Origin: Flexilinea sp.
GTDB lineage: Bacteria; Chloroflexota; Anaerolineae; Anaerolineales; Anaerolineaceae
Length of the DNA stretch: 61,341 nucleotides
Assembly (NCBI GenBank): GCA_963643375.1
Contig: CAVIKW010000001.1
Coordinates: forward strand, 1-61,341
Direction of reading: 5' to 3'
The notes below the pieces were generated by a model. It was not told the DNA's origin and did not search any database. It saw nothing but the letters and a program-made list of their open reading frames with translations. Shown piece after piece: positions 1 through 10,007 of the stretch. Position numbers and translations under genes: made by a program. Numbering within the stretch: position 1 is the stretch's first letter; every line of letters begins with the position of its first letter.

Positions 1-1
1 G

Positions 2-1189
2 GTTTATTACGATGGATATTATTATGTTTATTTCGGTCCTGTTCCGGTGCTGACTGTGATCCTGCCTTACCGCCTGCTGACAGGTGAATATCCGGAGACG
101 GATTATGTCTCGCTCGGGTTCGCGCTGCTGTTTCTGCTCGGTATCGCGCATCTCTACAGCCGTCCGGTTCGACGCTTTTTCCCGCGTATCCCGTACGCCC
201 TTTATTGGCTCGGTTTGGCGGCACTGCTGACGGCTTTGAACGTCACCTGGTGCCTGCGGCGCGGATTCGTGTATGAACTCGCCATTCTTTCGGGCGTCTG
301 TTTCGCTGTCTGGGCGGTGTATCTCCTCTTCGCCGCGTTCTCCGCGCGGAAGCTCGGCCCGCTGTGGGCCGCCGGCTCCGGTCTCTGCGCCGGGCTTGCG
401 GTGGGATGCCGCCCGACAGCGGTGCTGATCGCGCCGGTGCTTTTTGTTACCGGGTTCTTCCTCATGAAGGAAGACGGTCCGCTGAAACGGAAGGGTAACG
501 TCGTCCGCGCGGTGCTCTTTCTGCTGCCTTATATCGCCTGCGGACTCGCTCTGATGAAGTATAACTACGAGCGTTTTGACAATCCCTTCGAGTTCGGCAC
601 AACGTATCAACTGACGGTCGAGAACCGTGCCACGGGACTGCCGTTGACCGGCGTATACGGACGGGCGATGTCTGTCCTCAGCAGTCTGTTCCAAACACCG
701 ACCTTCGACACGGAGTTCCCTTTTATTCATCTGCAGTACTCCGATTTTGCTTACAACGGCAAACTCCAGAATCATTATCAGGTGCTGGGGCTCTTCTGCT
801 TCCCGCTTATGTGGCTGATCTTCCTTCTCCCGAAGGCCTTCCGCAGACTGAAACGTCACGGTGCGGTGCTGCCGGCGTTCATGATCTGCTGCCTGATTTC
901 CGCGGCGGCGATCTGCTTCACGGGTTCGGCATTCAGTACGGCGCAGCGCTACATTACGGACTACGCCTGGCTGACCGGGATTGCGGCGGTGATGATGCTC
1001 TTCTGCCTGTATGAAAAGTGCACGGAAAGCGGATGGACGCTGCCGGTGGAGAGCTTCACGATGCTCTGCTTCCTCGTCGGGCTTGCTTTCTTCGCCGCGC
1101 TGGCTGTCACGGGTGAAAGTGAGTGGTTCAAGCTGATCAATCAGTTGGAATATGACAAACTGCGTTACGCTTTGTCGCCTTGGCTTTGA
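2..1189 (+). CDS. Polytopic membrane protein, probable GT-C-fold glycosyltransferase (5' end outside window)
   Basis: Frame is open from nt 2 (VYYDGYYYVYFGPVPVL) to TGA at 1187-1189. Many hydrophobic segments, plus GCRP, YNYxRF and RY motifs. Confidence 0.55.
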   Translation, partial: VYYDGYYYVYFGPVPVLTVILPYRLLTGEYPETDYVSLGFALLFLLGIAHLYSRPVRRFFPRIPYALYWLGLAALLTALNVTWCLRRGFVYELAILSGVCFAVWAVYLLFAAFSARKLGPLWAAGSGLCAGLAVGCRPTAVLIAPVLFVTGFFLMKEDGPLKRKGNVVRAVLFLLPYIACGLALMKYNYERFDNPFEFGTTYQLTVENRATGLPLTGVYGRAMSVLSSLFQTPTFDTEFPFIHLQYSDFAYNGKLQNHYQVLGLFCFPLMWLIFLLPKAFRRLKRHGAVLPAFMICCLISAAAICFTGSAFSTAQRYITDYAWLTGIAAVMMLFCLYEKCTESGWTLPVESFTMLCFLVGLAFFAALAVTGESEWFKLINQLEYDKLRYALSPWL

Positions 1190-1195
1190 TGGATA

Positions 1196-3049
1196 ATGGA
1201 TGGGATGATGAATAAGAAACGAACATTCGGATGGGCGGACGTGCTGCTGATTATCGGGATCGTCTGCTGCCTGTGTGTCGCGCTCTGCCCTTATACGCGG
1301 ATGCGGGCGCTCGCGGATAGTTTCGCGGCGGACGGCTCCATGGAGCGCATGACGCCGTCGTTCGCGCTGGTTCTCCGCTGTGTTGCCGGCGGCTTCGGCA
1401 TGCTGTTCCTCGGCATTCTGATCTGGCACCGCCTCTCCCCCGCGAACTGCGGCGCCTTCTTCACGTCGCTTGTACGCCTGCCGGGGCGGCTGGTTCATGA
1501 CTTCGTGCCGTTTTGGAAGGATTTCGGCCGCGCTTGGCATTTATCTAAGGGCAGCGCCGTTGTCCTTGGCCTCATCACGCTCGCGGGCATCATCGTGCGG
1601 GCGATGCAGCTTTCCGCCCCGCTCATGCACGACGAAGCGTATTCCATGGCCATCTGGGGACGCGGCAGCCTGCTCTTCGCGGTCAGCGACTACCACCTGC
1701 CGAACAACCACGTCTTCCATTCGGTTCTCGTCAACCTGATCTATCATCACCTCGGCAAATCCTCGGCGTGGCTGCGGATGCCGGTCTTCCTTTCCGGCTG
1801 TGTCTTGATCCCCGCGATTTTCATGCTCGGCAAGGCTTTCTATAATGAACGCGTCGGCTTGACCGCGGCGGGATTCACCGCCTTCGCGCCGTTCCTGATC
1901 TTCTATTCCTACAACGCCCGCGGTTACGAAATGCTGACGACGCTGAGCGTCGTGACGGTGACGCTGGCGCTCTATCTCAAGCGGCATAACAACATCTTCG
2001 GTTGGTTCCTGCTGATCCTGCTCTCCGGCCTGAACTTCTTCACCCTGCCGATCGCGCTGTATCCCTTCGGCGGGATTTGCGTCTGGCTGCTGTTGAATGT
2101 GGTCTTCCATGACCCCGCGCGGACGGCATACACCCGCGGACGGCTGTTCAAGTACCTCATCACGATGGGGCTTTGCGTCTCCGCGCTCTCGATCCTGCTG
2201 TATGTCCCGCTCCTGCACTACTCCGGTGTGGAGAGCTTCTTCGGCAATCAATACATCGGCGGTGTGGACGCCGGGGCCTTCGGCTCGACCATGCGCTCCC
2301 GCCTGATTGACAATCTGCACGCCTTCTGCGATACGCTGCCGCTGTTCGTCTGCGTATTGCTCGGCGTCGGTTTGATCGCGAGCCCCTTCGTCTTCAAACG
2401 AACCTCCTCCGAACGCGTATCCTTCGGCGCGGCGCTGCTGCTGTGGATGGCGCTCGTCATCCCCGTTCAGAAGCCGAACCTTTGGCCGCGCACGCTGCTC
2501 TTCCTGCATCCCTTCGTCATTCTCTGGGCCGCCTCCGGGCTTTCCGCCCTCCTCGGGCTGATTCCCGACCGGCGAATCGCTTCCGCCGCGGCCGCGCTGC
2601 TGATTGTCTGCGCGGCGGGCTCACAGTTCAAAACCGCGGTGAAGAACTGCGGCGTCGTCAGCGAGGATGAACAGGCGGTGCGGATCCTGCTCGAACGCGA
2701 GGGTGAGAATGTTGACAATGTTCATTTCGTCACCGCCGCGGAGGACAACGCGCCGATTTGGATGTACGCGGATTATTACGGTATCGACAAAGGCATCTTT
2801 GACAAGACGCGGACGTTCAACACCATCTACGCCTTCGTCAACCCGAACACCGACTCTTACAACGCCCCGCTGACGCTGGACGACCTGCTCGACCGCTTCG
2901 GCCCGGGCAACAACTTCATCGACAAGTCCACCGAAGAAATTCTGATGGAGACACCGGACGGCATCCTCTACCGCTACGAAGGCAGGGAGTCCGCCATCGT
3001 GAAAGGCTACGGAACCATCCCCGAAAACCCGAACGAGAGAGAACCTTGA
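1196..3049 (+). CDS. GT39/ArnT/PMT-like membrane glycosyltransferase
   Basis: 617 aa with multiple TM helices, an acidic HDEAYS motif in the first extracytoplasmic loop, NNH and ARGY motifs, and a soluble C-terminal domain. Confidence 0.7.
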   Translation: MDGMMNKKRTFGWADVLLIIGIVCCLCVALCPYTRMRALADSFAADGSMERMTPSFALVLRCVAGGFGMLFLGILIWHRLSPANCGAFFTSLVRLPGRLVHDFVPFWKDFGRAWHLSKGSAVVLGLITLAGIIVRAMQLSAPLMHDEAYSMAIWGRGSLLFAVSDYHLPNNHVFHSVLVNLIYHHLGKSSAWLRMPVFLSGCVLIPAIFMLGKAFYNERVGLTAAGFTAFAPFLIFYSYNARGYEMLTTLSVVTVTLALYLKRHNNIFGWFLLILLSGLNFFTLPIALYPFGGICVWLLLNVVFHDPARTAYTRGRLFKYLITMGLCVSALSILLYVPLLHYSGVESFFGNQYIGGVDAGAFGSTMRSRLIDNLHAFCDTLPLFVCVLLGVGLIASPFVFKRTSSERVSFGAALLLWMALVIPVQKPNLWPRTLLFLHPFVILWAASGLSALLGLIPDRRIASAAAALLIVCAAGSQFKTAVKNCGVVSEDEQAVRILLEREGENVDNVHFVTAAEDNAPIWMYADYYGIDKGIFDKTRTFNTIYAFVNPNTDSYNAPLTLDDLLDRFGPGNNFIDKSTEEILMETPDGILYRYEGRESAIVKGYGTIPENPNEREP

Positions 3050-3094
3050 GTCTTTTGATAGCTTTTGGAAGCTTTGACGGATATAATGATAAGC

Positions 3095-4384
3095 ATGGAA
3101 AAAAAGAAGTTCTATCAGTTGAGCGTAAGCGAACGGCTGGAGGCCCTTCAATCGGAAGGCATGATCACCGCCGATGACATCCCGGCGCTGCTGGGAACAG
3201 CGGGCCCGGATTTGGACACCGCGGATCACATGATTGAGAACGTCATCGGTCTTTACGCTCTGCCCATGGGCGCCGCGCGGAATTTCATCATCAACGGAAA
3301 GCCGTACACGGTCCCGATGGTGGTTGAGGAACCGTCGGTCGTGGCGGCCGCTTCCAACGGCGCGCGGATCGCTGCCTTGGGCGGCGGGTTCACCGCGGAC
3401 GCAGACGAACCCCGCATGATCGGCCAGCTGCAGATCGTCAATGTCGCCGATATTGACGGGGCGGCCGACTCCCTGAACGGCGCGAAGGCTGAACTTCTGA
3501 ACGCGGCGGCGGAAAGCTGCCCGAATCTCATCCGCCGCGGCGGCGGTCCGGTTGATATCGAGACGCGGATCCTGCGTGAGACCGCTGTCGGGCCGATGCT
3601 CGTCCTGCATCTCGTTATGGACGTACGGGATGTCATGGGCGCGAACCTGATCAACACCGCGCTGGAAGCAATTGCTCCCGCCGTGGAACGCGTCAGCGGC
3701 GGTGAAGTGCGCCTCCGCATTTTGTCAAATCTCGCCGACAGGAGACTCGCGCGGGCGGAATGCCGCGTGCCGGCTTCCGCGCTGGCGTTCAAGGAATATG
3801 ACGGCGAGACCGTGCTTTCACGAATCCTCGAAGCCGCTGCCTTCGCCGAAGCGGATCCCTACCGCGCAACTACGCACAACAAAGGCATCATGAACGGCAT
3901 TGACGCCGTCACCCACGCGGTCGGGAATGACTGGCGCGCGGTGGAAGCCGGGGCGCACGCTTGGGCGGCTCGGGACGGTGTGTACCGTCCGCTGAGTCAT
4001 TGGAGCCGCGACCCCGAAAGCGGCTGCCTGGTCGGGAAGATTGAGCTCCCGCTGGCGGTCGGCACGGTAGGCGGCGCGACCCATGTGCATCCGGGTGCCG
4101 CCGCGGCGCTGCGTATGCTCGGCGTGTCGGATTCGCGTGAGCTGGCTTGCGTGATTGCTTCTGTCGGTCTGGCGCAGAACTTAGCGGCGCTGAAGGCGCT
4201 TTCCACGGAAGGCATTCAGCGCGGGCATATGAGCCTCCACGCCAAGCAGTTCGCCTGCGCGGCCGGGGCTTCCGGCGCTTTGGCGGATCGCATTGCCGCG
4301 CGGATGATTCAAGAGAACCGCATTTCCGCGTCCTATGCCGCGGAACTGTTTGAGACAGAGAAGAATAAGGACGAAAGCCTATGA
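3095..4384 (+). CDS. mvaA: Class II HMG-CoA reductase
   Basis: [35 protein letters not shown] and EGIQRGHM motifs. ATG 3095 chosen because it lies 7 nt after TATAAT. Confidence 0.93.
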   Translation: MEKKKFYQLSVSERLEALQSEGMITADDIPALLGTAGPDLDTADHMIENVIGLYALPMGAARNFIINGKPYTVPMVVEEPSVVAAASNGARIAALGGGFTADADEPRMIGQLQIVNVADIDGAADSLNGAKAELLNAAAESCPNLIRRGGGPVDIETRILRETAVGPMLVLHLVMDVRDVMGANLINTALEAIAPAVERVSGGEVRLRILSNLADRRLARAECRVPASALAFKEYDGETVLSRILEAAAFAEADPYRATTHNKGIMNGIDAVTHAVGNDWRAVEAGAHAWAARDGVYRPLSHWSRDPESGCLVGKIELPLAVGTVGGATHVHPGAAAALRMLGVSDSRELACVIASVGLAQNLAALKALSTEGIQRGHMSLHAKQFACAAGASGALADRIAARMIQENRISASYAAELFETEKNKDESL

Positions 4385-5433
4385 TGATCATGAAACCTGA
4401 AAATCCCGTCGGAATCTTAGGGTACGGCGCCTACATTCCGCGCTACCGCGTCACCGATGCCGAAATCGGGCGGGTGTGGCATGACGGCGCCCGCGGACTG
4501 ATCAAAGAGAAGTCCGTGCCGGGTCCGGATGAGGATGTCATCACGATGGCGATTGAAGCGTCCCGCAACGCGCTCAAGCGCGCCCAAATAGACCCGCAGG
4601 AGCTGCGGGCGGTATGGATCGGCTCCGAGTCGCATCCCTACGCCGTGAAGCCCAGCGGCACGATCGTCTCGGAAGCTATCGGCGCGGGACCGTCCCTCTC
4701 CGCCGCGGATATGGAATTCGCCTGCAAAGCGGGGACGGAAGCTCTGACCATGGCAATGGGCCTCGTCGGCTCCGGCATGGCGCGGTACGCGCTGGCCTGC
4801 GGCATGGATACCGCGCAGGGACGCCCGGGCGATGTCCTGGAATACACAGCGGGCGCGGGCGGCGCTGCCGTCATTGTCGGCCCCGCGGAGGAATCCGCGG
4901 CGGTCATTGACGGGGTTTATTCCTACGTGACGGATACGCCGGATTTCTGGCGCCGTCAGCATGAGAAATACCCCGAACACGGCCAGCGTTTCACCGGCGA
5001 ACCCGGCTATTTCCATCACGTCGGCGAGGCGATTGAAGCCTATTTTGAGGAAACCGGGACGAAGGCCTCGGATTACCGTTTCGCCGTCCTGCATCAGCCG
5101 AATCAGAAATTCCCGCAGAAGGTCGCGAAGGATCACGGCTTCACCCCCGAACAGATCGAAACCGGTCTGCTCTCCCCGGTCATCGGCAACACCTACTCCG
5201 GTGCTGTCCTGCTCGGCATTACCGCCGTTCTGGATATCGCGGAGCCGGGCGACAAAATCTTCTGCGCCAGCTTCGGCTCCGGCGCGGGCTCCGATGCCTT
5301 CTCCCTGACGGTCACGGACCGCGTCAAGGAAATCCGCGGACTGGCGCCGTTCACGCAGACGTATATCAAACGCCGCACGGAGATCGACTACGCGCTTTAC
5401 GCCAAATTCCGCGGCGAATATGTGATGAAGTAG
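4381..5433 (+). CDS. mvaS: HMG-CoA synthase, archaeal type
   Basis: [11 protein letters not shown], catalytic FACKAGT, TPDFWRR, HQPN, GNTYSG and SFGSGAGSD motifs. Overlaps mvaA by ATGA. Confidence 0.9.
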   Translation: MMIMKPENPVGILGYGAYIPRYRVTDAEIGRVWHDGARGLIKEKSVPGPDEDVITMAIEASRNALKRAQIDPQELRAVWIGSESHPYAVKPSGTIVSEAIGAGPSLSAADMEFACKAGTEALTMAMGLVGSGMARYALACGMDTAQGRPGDVLEYTAGAGGAAVIVGPAEESAAVIDGVYSYVTDTPDFWRRQHEKYPEHGQRFTGEPGYFHHVGEAIEAYFEETGTKASDYRFAVLHQPNQKFPQKVAKDHGFTPEQIETGLLSPVIGNTYSGAVLLGITAVLDIAEPGDKIFCASFGSGAGSDAFSLTVTDRVKEIRGLAPFTQTYIKRRTEIDYALYAKFRGEYVMK

Positions 5434-5439
5434 GCTGCT

Positions 5440-6576
5440 ATGCGGGATGACGATCACATCATCATCGCCGGCCTCGGGCAGGTCCCCGTGGCTGAGCACT
5501 GGGACGACAGCATCCGCTCCATGGGCGCGGCTGCCGTTCGCGCGGCGCTTGCGGACAGCGGCGGGCTTGAACCGCAGTCGCTGTTCGTCGGCAATGCCTT
5601 CGCGCCGATCCTCTCGCATCAGTCGAATCTCGGTGCCTTGATCGCGGACGCCGCGGGCATCAGCGGCGTGGAAGTCTGCTCTTATGAAGCGGCCGGCGCC
5701 TCCGGCGGCGCGGCTGTCCGCGCGGCGTATCTGGCGGTCAAATCCGGGTACGTGGATACCGCGGTCGCGCTCGGTATTGAGAAAATCACCGAGAACACCG
5801 GCGAGAAGGCGAATCAGACGCACGACCTCGCCTTGAACTACGAATATGAAACCATGATGGGGATGTCCGTCGCTTCCGGCGCGGCGCTGCTGGCGCGGCG
5901 CTACCTGGTGGAGTTCGGCTTGGATCGCGACGTCCTCGACTGCATGTCCCTGAACGCCTACAGCCAGGCGTGCGGCAATCCCAACGCGCTCTATCATCTG
6001 CGCCTGAATGACGAGAAGATCCAAAAACAGGGCATGGCGAACAATCCGCTGGGGATGTATGACTGCGCGGCACTGTCCGACGGCGCGGCCGCGGTCGTGA
6101 TTACACGGAAGGAATGCCTCCCGACGTCCTTGGACCACGCGCCTGTGCGCCTGATCGGCAGCGCGACCGCCATCGCGCCGCTTTCCCTGCATGACCGCCG
6201 CAGCCTGCTGCATTACGGTTCCTGCGCCGCTTCCGCGGAGAAGGCCTTCAAGCGGGCGGATATCTCCCCCGACGAAGTCGACCTCTGGGAGCTGTGGGAC
6301 GGCTACTCCATTGACGCGATCCTCGCGCGTGAAGCAATCGGCCTCGCGCCCTCCGGTGAGGGATGGAAACCCGACGGCCGTTATTACTCCACCATGGGCG
6401 GATGCCTCGGCCGCGGCAATCCCTTGGGCGCGTCCGGTGTGTACCAGATCGTCGAGGCGGCATTGCAGCTGCGCGGTGAGGCGGGCGCCTGTCAGATTGA
6501 CGGGGCGCGTACCGCGGTGACGCAATGCGTCGGCGGGCTTGGCGGCACGGCTGTCACCCACGTCCTTTCCTTGTAA
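5440..6576 (+). CDS. Thiolase-domain protein (archaeal acetoacetyl-CoA thiolase-like) with substituted catalytic residues
   Basis: Thiolase fold motifs SDGAAA and GGxxxRGNPLGASG. EAAGASGG replaces the usual EAACASG. Confidence 0.85.
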   Translation: MRDDDHIIIAGLGQVPVAEHWDDSIRSMGAAAVRAALADSGGLEPQSLFVGNAFAPILSHQSNLGALIADAAGISGVEVCSYEAAGASGGAAVRAAYLAVKSGYVDTAVALGIEKITENTGEKANQTHDLALNYEYETMMGMSVASGAALLARRYLVEFGLDRDVLDCMSLNAYSQACGNPNALYHLRLNDEKIQKQGMANNPLGMYDCAALSDGAAAVVITRKECLPTSLDHAPVRLIGSATAIAPLSLHDRRSLLHYGSCAASAEKAFKRADISPDEVDLWELWDGYSIDAILAREAIGLAPSGEGWKPDGRYYSTMGGCLGRGNPLGASGVYQIVEAALQLRGEAGACQIDGARTAVTQCVGGLGGTAVTHVLSL

Positions 6577-6587
6577 AAACGTAAAAG

Positions 6588-6619
6588 AAAAGACCTGCTC
6601 GAAACCGGGCAGGTCTTTT
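6588..6619. terminator. Bidirectional intrinsic terminator
   Basis: aaaagacctgctc-loop-gggcaggtctttt between convergent genes. Confidence 0.8.
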
Positions 6620-6636
6620 GATTTTCAAGAGGCGGC

Positions 6637-7944
6637 TTATTTCGCGGACTCTTTCGCGACCGGCTCTTTATCGGAGAGCTTGAGGAAGACGAAGCCGAGG
6701 GCGAAGAACACCGCGAGGGAGGCGACCGCGACATTGATGGTGCCGCCGGCAAGTTTCACCGTGGCGATGACCGCGGAACCCAGGAAGGAAGCGCCCTTCG
6801 CGAAAATGTCGTAAATGCCGAAGTACTCACCGGAGTTCTCGGCGGGGATGATCTTCGAGTAATAGGAGCGGCTGAGGGACTGGATGGAGCCCTGGAAGCA
6901 GCCGACGCCGAAGGCGAGGATGCCGAAGTGGATGAGGGTCTTCAGAGACAGCGCGTAGATGCACAGGCAGAAGTAGCCCGTGATGCAGATCAGCAGCAGC
7001 TTGACGGTGTCATACTTCTTGGAGAGCTTCGCGAAGACCAGAGAGCCGATCCAGGCGACGACCTGCGTGGCGAGGAGGAAAACCACCTGCCCGACTGTCG
7101 GCAGACCGAGGTCGGTGCCGATATTGATGCAGTTGTCAATGATGGTGCCGACGCCGTCAATATAAAGGAAGTAAGCGACGAGGAAGAGGAGGACTTTGCG
7201 GTCCTTCTTCGCGATGCGGGCCAGCGTGCGCCCGATCTTGGAAAGGACGGACTTGACGGAGCCTTCACTGCCTTCGACGCAGTTGACCTGTTTATAGGTC
7301 TTGATCAGCGGAAGACTGACGAGCGTCCACCAGACCGCGGTGACGGTGAAGCCGATGATCTTGGACAGGGATTCGGAAATGAGTCCGACCATGTCGGGAC
7401 CGAGGACGTAGGCGATCAGCGCGACCAGGAACGGAATGCAGGAGCCGATGTAACCCCAGGCGTATCCGTAAGAGGAGACCTGATCCATGCGTTCCTCAGT
7501 GGTGACATCATTGAGCATGGAGTCGTAAATCGTGTTCGCCGCTGTGTAGAAGACTTTGGTGATGACATAGATAATGAGGAAAACGAGCCAGGCGTTCACA
7601 AAACCGTTGATCACGCAGCAGGAGGCGCCGAGGGCAACGACGGTGTTGAAGAACAGCTTGCGGCGGTCTTTATGATCCGCGAGGGCGCCGATGACCGGCC
7701 CGATCAGGGCAACGATAATCGTGACGATGGAAATGGCGAGGGAGTAATAAGCGGTCGCCCGGTCGGAGGTGAGCTTCCCCGGCTCCGTGCCGATGGCCAG
7801 ATTCTTGAACCAAATCGGGATCAGCGAGCAGGCCAGCATCGTGTAAGCGGAGTTGCCGACATCGTACAGTACCCAGCTGAATTCTTTCTCGTTTAAATCC
7901 CGAAATGCTTTTCTGTTATTCAACCATTTGAAAAATCCGTTCAT
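6637..7944 (-). CDS. MFS transporter (UMF1/Atg22-like)
   Basis: About 12 TM helices, with WVLYDVGNSAY, YDSML, GYAWGYIG and SRSYYSKIIP motifs. Confidence 0.85.
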   Translation of the reverse strand: MNGFFKWLNNRKAFRDLNEKEFSWVLYDVGNSAYTMLACSLIPIWFKNLAIGTEPGKLTSDRATAYYSLAISIVTIIVALIGPVIGALADHKDRRKLFFNTVVALGASCCVINGFVNAWLVFLIIYVITKVFYTAANTIYDSMLNDVTTEERMDQVSSYGYAWGYIGSCIPFLVALIAYVLGPDMVGLISESLSKIIGFTVTAVWWTLVSLPLIKTYKQVNCVEGSEGSVKSVLSKIGRTLARIAKKDRKVLLFLVAYFLYIDGVGTIIDNCINIGTDLGLPTVGQVVFLLATQVVAWIGSLVFAKLSKKYDTVKLLLICITGYFCLCIYALSLKTLIHFGILAFGVGCFQGSIQSLSRSYYSKIIPAENSGEYFGIYDIFAKGASFLGSAVIATVKLAGGTINVAVASLAVFFALGFVFLKLSDKEPVAKESAK

Positions 7945-7998
7945 ACTACCTCTTTCCTAATCTTTCTCAATAGGGTAACAAGTTGAGAGCTGCTTCAA

Positions 7999-9024
7999 TT
8001 ATAATCGATAATAACCGGATTGTGGTTTTGTTAAGGAATGCGGGTCTTCCGTGAAGAGCGCGGTGAGGAAGGCGTCAAGCTCGAACGCGGGGAATACACT
8101 CTGCCAGTCGGAAAGCGCCTCACGCAGGGAGCGCTCCGTCCAGGGAATGTCGGTGAGTGCCGATTCAAGCTCGGACGCGTCGCCCGCGGTGAAGAAATCT
8201 CCGAAGAAGCGGGCGCGGCGCAGGGTGCCTTCGCGTACGTCGGCGCGGAAGTCGATCCATCCGCAGTCGGCGCGGAAGGAGCGGCGGATGTTGAACGCCG
8301 GGGACTCGCCCCAGTTCCACAAGTCCGAACGGTATCGTCCGTCCGCGATGGCGTCGATCTCGCGAAGCTCAACGTCGGTGAAGGTATGCGTGACGGGACC
8401 GTCGGGGAAGAAGTGCCGGACGATGGCGCCCTCAAGCTCCTCCACGCCGGCGATATTCGGCAGGGCGTCTTTGATGTTCGTGACGCGGCTGCGGACGGAC
8501 TTGATGCCTTTGGTTTGGAGCTTCTCCGGGCGCGGGCGAAGGGCTTTCGTCAGTACGTCCAGATCCGTGTCGTAGAGCAGCGTGCCGTGAATGACGGAGC
8601 CCGCGCGGGTGTGGTAGTAAGCGTTGCCGGAGAACTTCGCGCCGTCGAGTGTCAGATCGTTGCGTCCGGTAAGCTCCGCCGGCAGTCCCAACCCGCGAAG
8701 CGCGGCGAGGATGGGATTCAGACAGCGGGAGAAATCCGAGGATGCCTGCGGGTCGCCGGGGGTGATCAGACTGAAGTTGAGGTTGCCGCGGTCATGATAA
8801 ACCGCGCCCCCGCCGGAACAGCGGCGGACGACGCGGATGCCGTTGGCTTTCACATATTCGTCATCAATCTCCTCGGCGGTGTTTTGATGCCGTCCGATGA
8901 TGATGGCGGGGTCATTGACATAGAAAAAGAGAATCTCATCCCGGATTCCGGAGCGGGTGAGGAGAAATTCCTCCCGCGCCAGGTTCAGCGCCGGGTCGTG
9001 ATTCGGGTTGGGGACGTAGATCAC
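7999..9024 (-). CDS. lplA: Lipoate-protein ligase A
   Basis: NLAREE, IGRHQN, RRCSGGGAVYHD, KFSGNA, HGTLL and KSVRSRV motifs. GTG start overlaps the upstream stop. Confidence 0.93.
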   Translation of the reverse strand: MIYVPNPNHDPALNLAREEFLLTRSGIRDEILFFYVNDPAIIIGRHQNTAEEIDDEYVKANGIRVVRRCSGGGAVYHDRGNLNFSLITPGDPQASSDFSRCLNPILAALRGLGLPAELTGRNDLTLDGAKFSGNAYYHTRAGSVIHGTLLYDTDLDVLTKALRPRPEKLQTKGIKSVRSRVTNIKDALPNIAGVEELEGAIVRHFFPDGPVTHTFTDVELREIDAIADGRYRSDLWNWGESPAFNIRRSFRADCGWIDFRADVREGTLRRARFFGDFFTAGDASELESALTDIPWTERSLREALSDWQSVFPAFELDAFLTALFTEDPHSLTKPQSGYYRL

Positions 9025-9983
9025 GCGCCGATCCCTTTGACGCGGGCGGCGCGGCGGGCAACCGCCGGCGTCTCGTCTTCCGCGGAGTAGATCATCTGCC
9101 CGCGGAGGGTGACTTTCTGTACGTAATCCCGAGCCTTCGAACCGGCGGCCGCTTTGGTCTCATCCACTTCGATGACCGTGCTTTCATCAAGCGCGATGCC
9201 GAAAATCTTCGCCGGGTTCACGCAGCAGCGGGCGGTGATGTCCTCCGCGGTGAGCATCTTCGCGTTGTACATGGAGAGCAGCAGCGGCAGCGTCATGGAC
9301 AGGCTGTCGGAGCTGATGCCGCGGGGGCCGGTGAACCCGGCGGAGCTGAAGCAGTCGATGAGGTCGAGATGCTGCCACAGCGCGCGGCGGTCGTCTTCGC
9401 TGCCCAGTTTGGAGAGCAGCTTCGGCGTGTTCGCGGTCTCGGTGCTGAAGAGCAGGGCGAGCGGATTCACGTCGCAGGTGACGGGGAGATTCGCCTCACG
9501 CGCCTCGGCGATCAATTCCATCTCGCCTTGGGTGGCGGCGGAACAGACATGGACGCGGCGTCCCTGCGTCTGCCCCATGAAGATAGCGGAGCCGACCTGG
9601 TCCTCGTTACCGCGCACGCAGATGGGTTTGTCCGCGGGCCAGTTATGGAAGAGGCGGCTGAGCATATTCATGCGGGAAAAAGCGCCGAAGGAGCTCAGCA
9701 GCGAGAAATCCACGAGCGCCGCGGGAACTTCGGACGCCCATTCGCCGATGGAGCGGATGTTCTCCGGCGTGATGACGGCGATCTTCGCGTAGTCGCAGGC
9801 GGAGGCGGATTCGGCTTCTTCGAGTGCTTTGGCGGCATCTTCTTTCTGCGTGTAGACTTCATTGACATTCGGTGCCGCAAGCAGGGCGGTGTAGCCGCCG
9901 CGTACAGCGGCTTCGCTGTACGCGCTCCAGCAGCCGGCGGGGACGTCGGTGCAGATATCAATAAACCCCGGGAATCTCAGCAT
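9021..9983 (-). CDS. Dihydroorotase-like amidohydrolase, probably catalytically inactive
   Basis: PGFID..., AAVRGGYT...PN, ASACDY, VHVC, VTCDVNP, ALW and NPAKIFG track CAD/type I DHOase, but the metal-binding His residues are absent. Confidence 0.7.
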   Translation of the reverse strand: MLRFPGFIDICTDVPAGCWSAYSEAAVRGGYTALLAAPNVNEVYTQKEDAAKALEEAESASACDYAKIAVITPENIRSIGEWASEVPAALVDFSLLSSFGAFSRMNMLSRLFHNWPADKPICVRGNEDQVGSAIFMGQTQGRRVHVCSAATQGEMELIAEAREANLPVTCDVNPLALLFSTETANTPKLLSKLGSEDDRRALWQHLDLIDCFSSAGFTGPRGISSDSLSMTLPLLLSMYNAKMLTAEDITARCCVNPAKIFGIALDESTVIEVDETKAAAGSKARDYVQKVTLRGQMIYSAEDETPAVARRAARVKGIGA

Positions 9984-10007
9984 TGTTTCTCTCTCCTCTT
10001 GTTTGTC

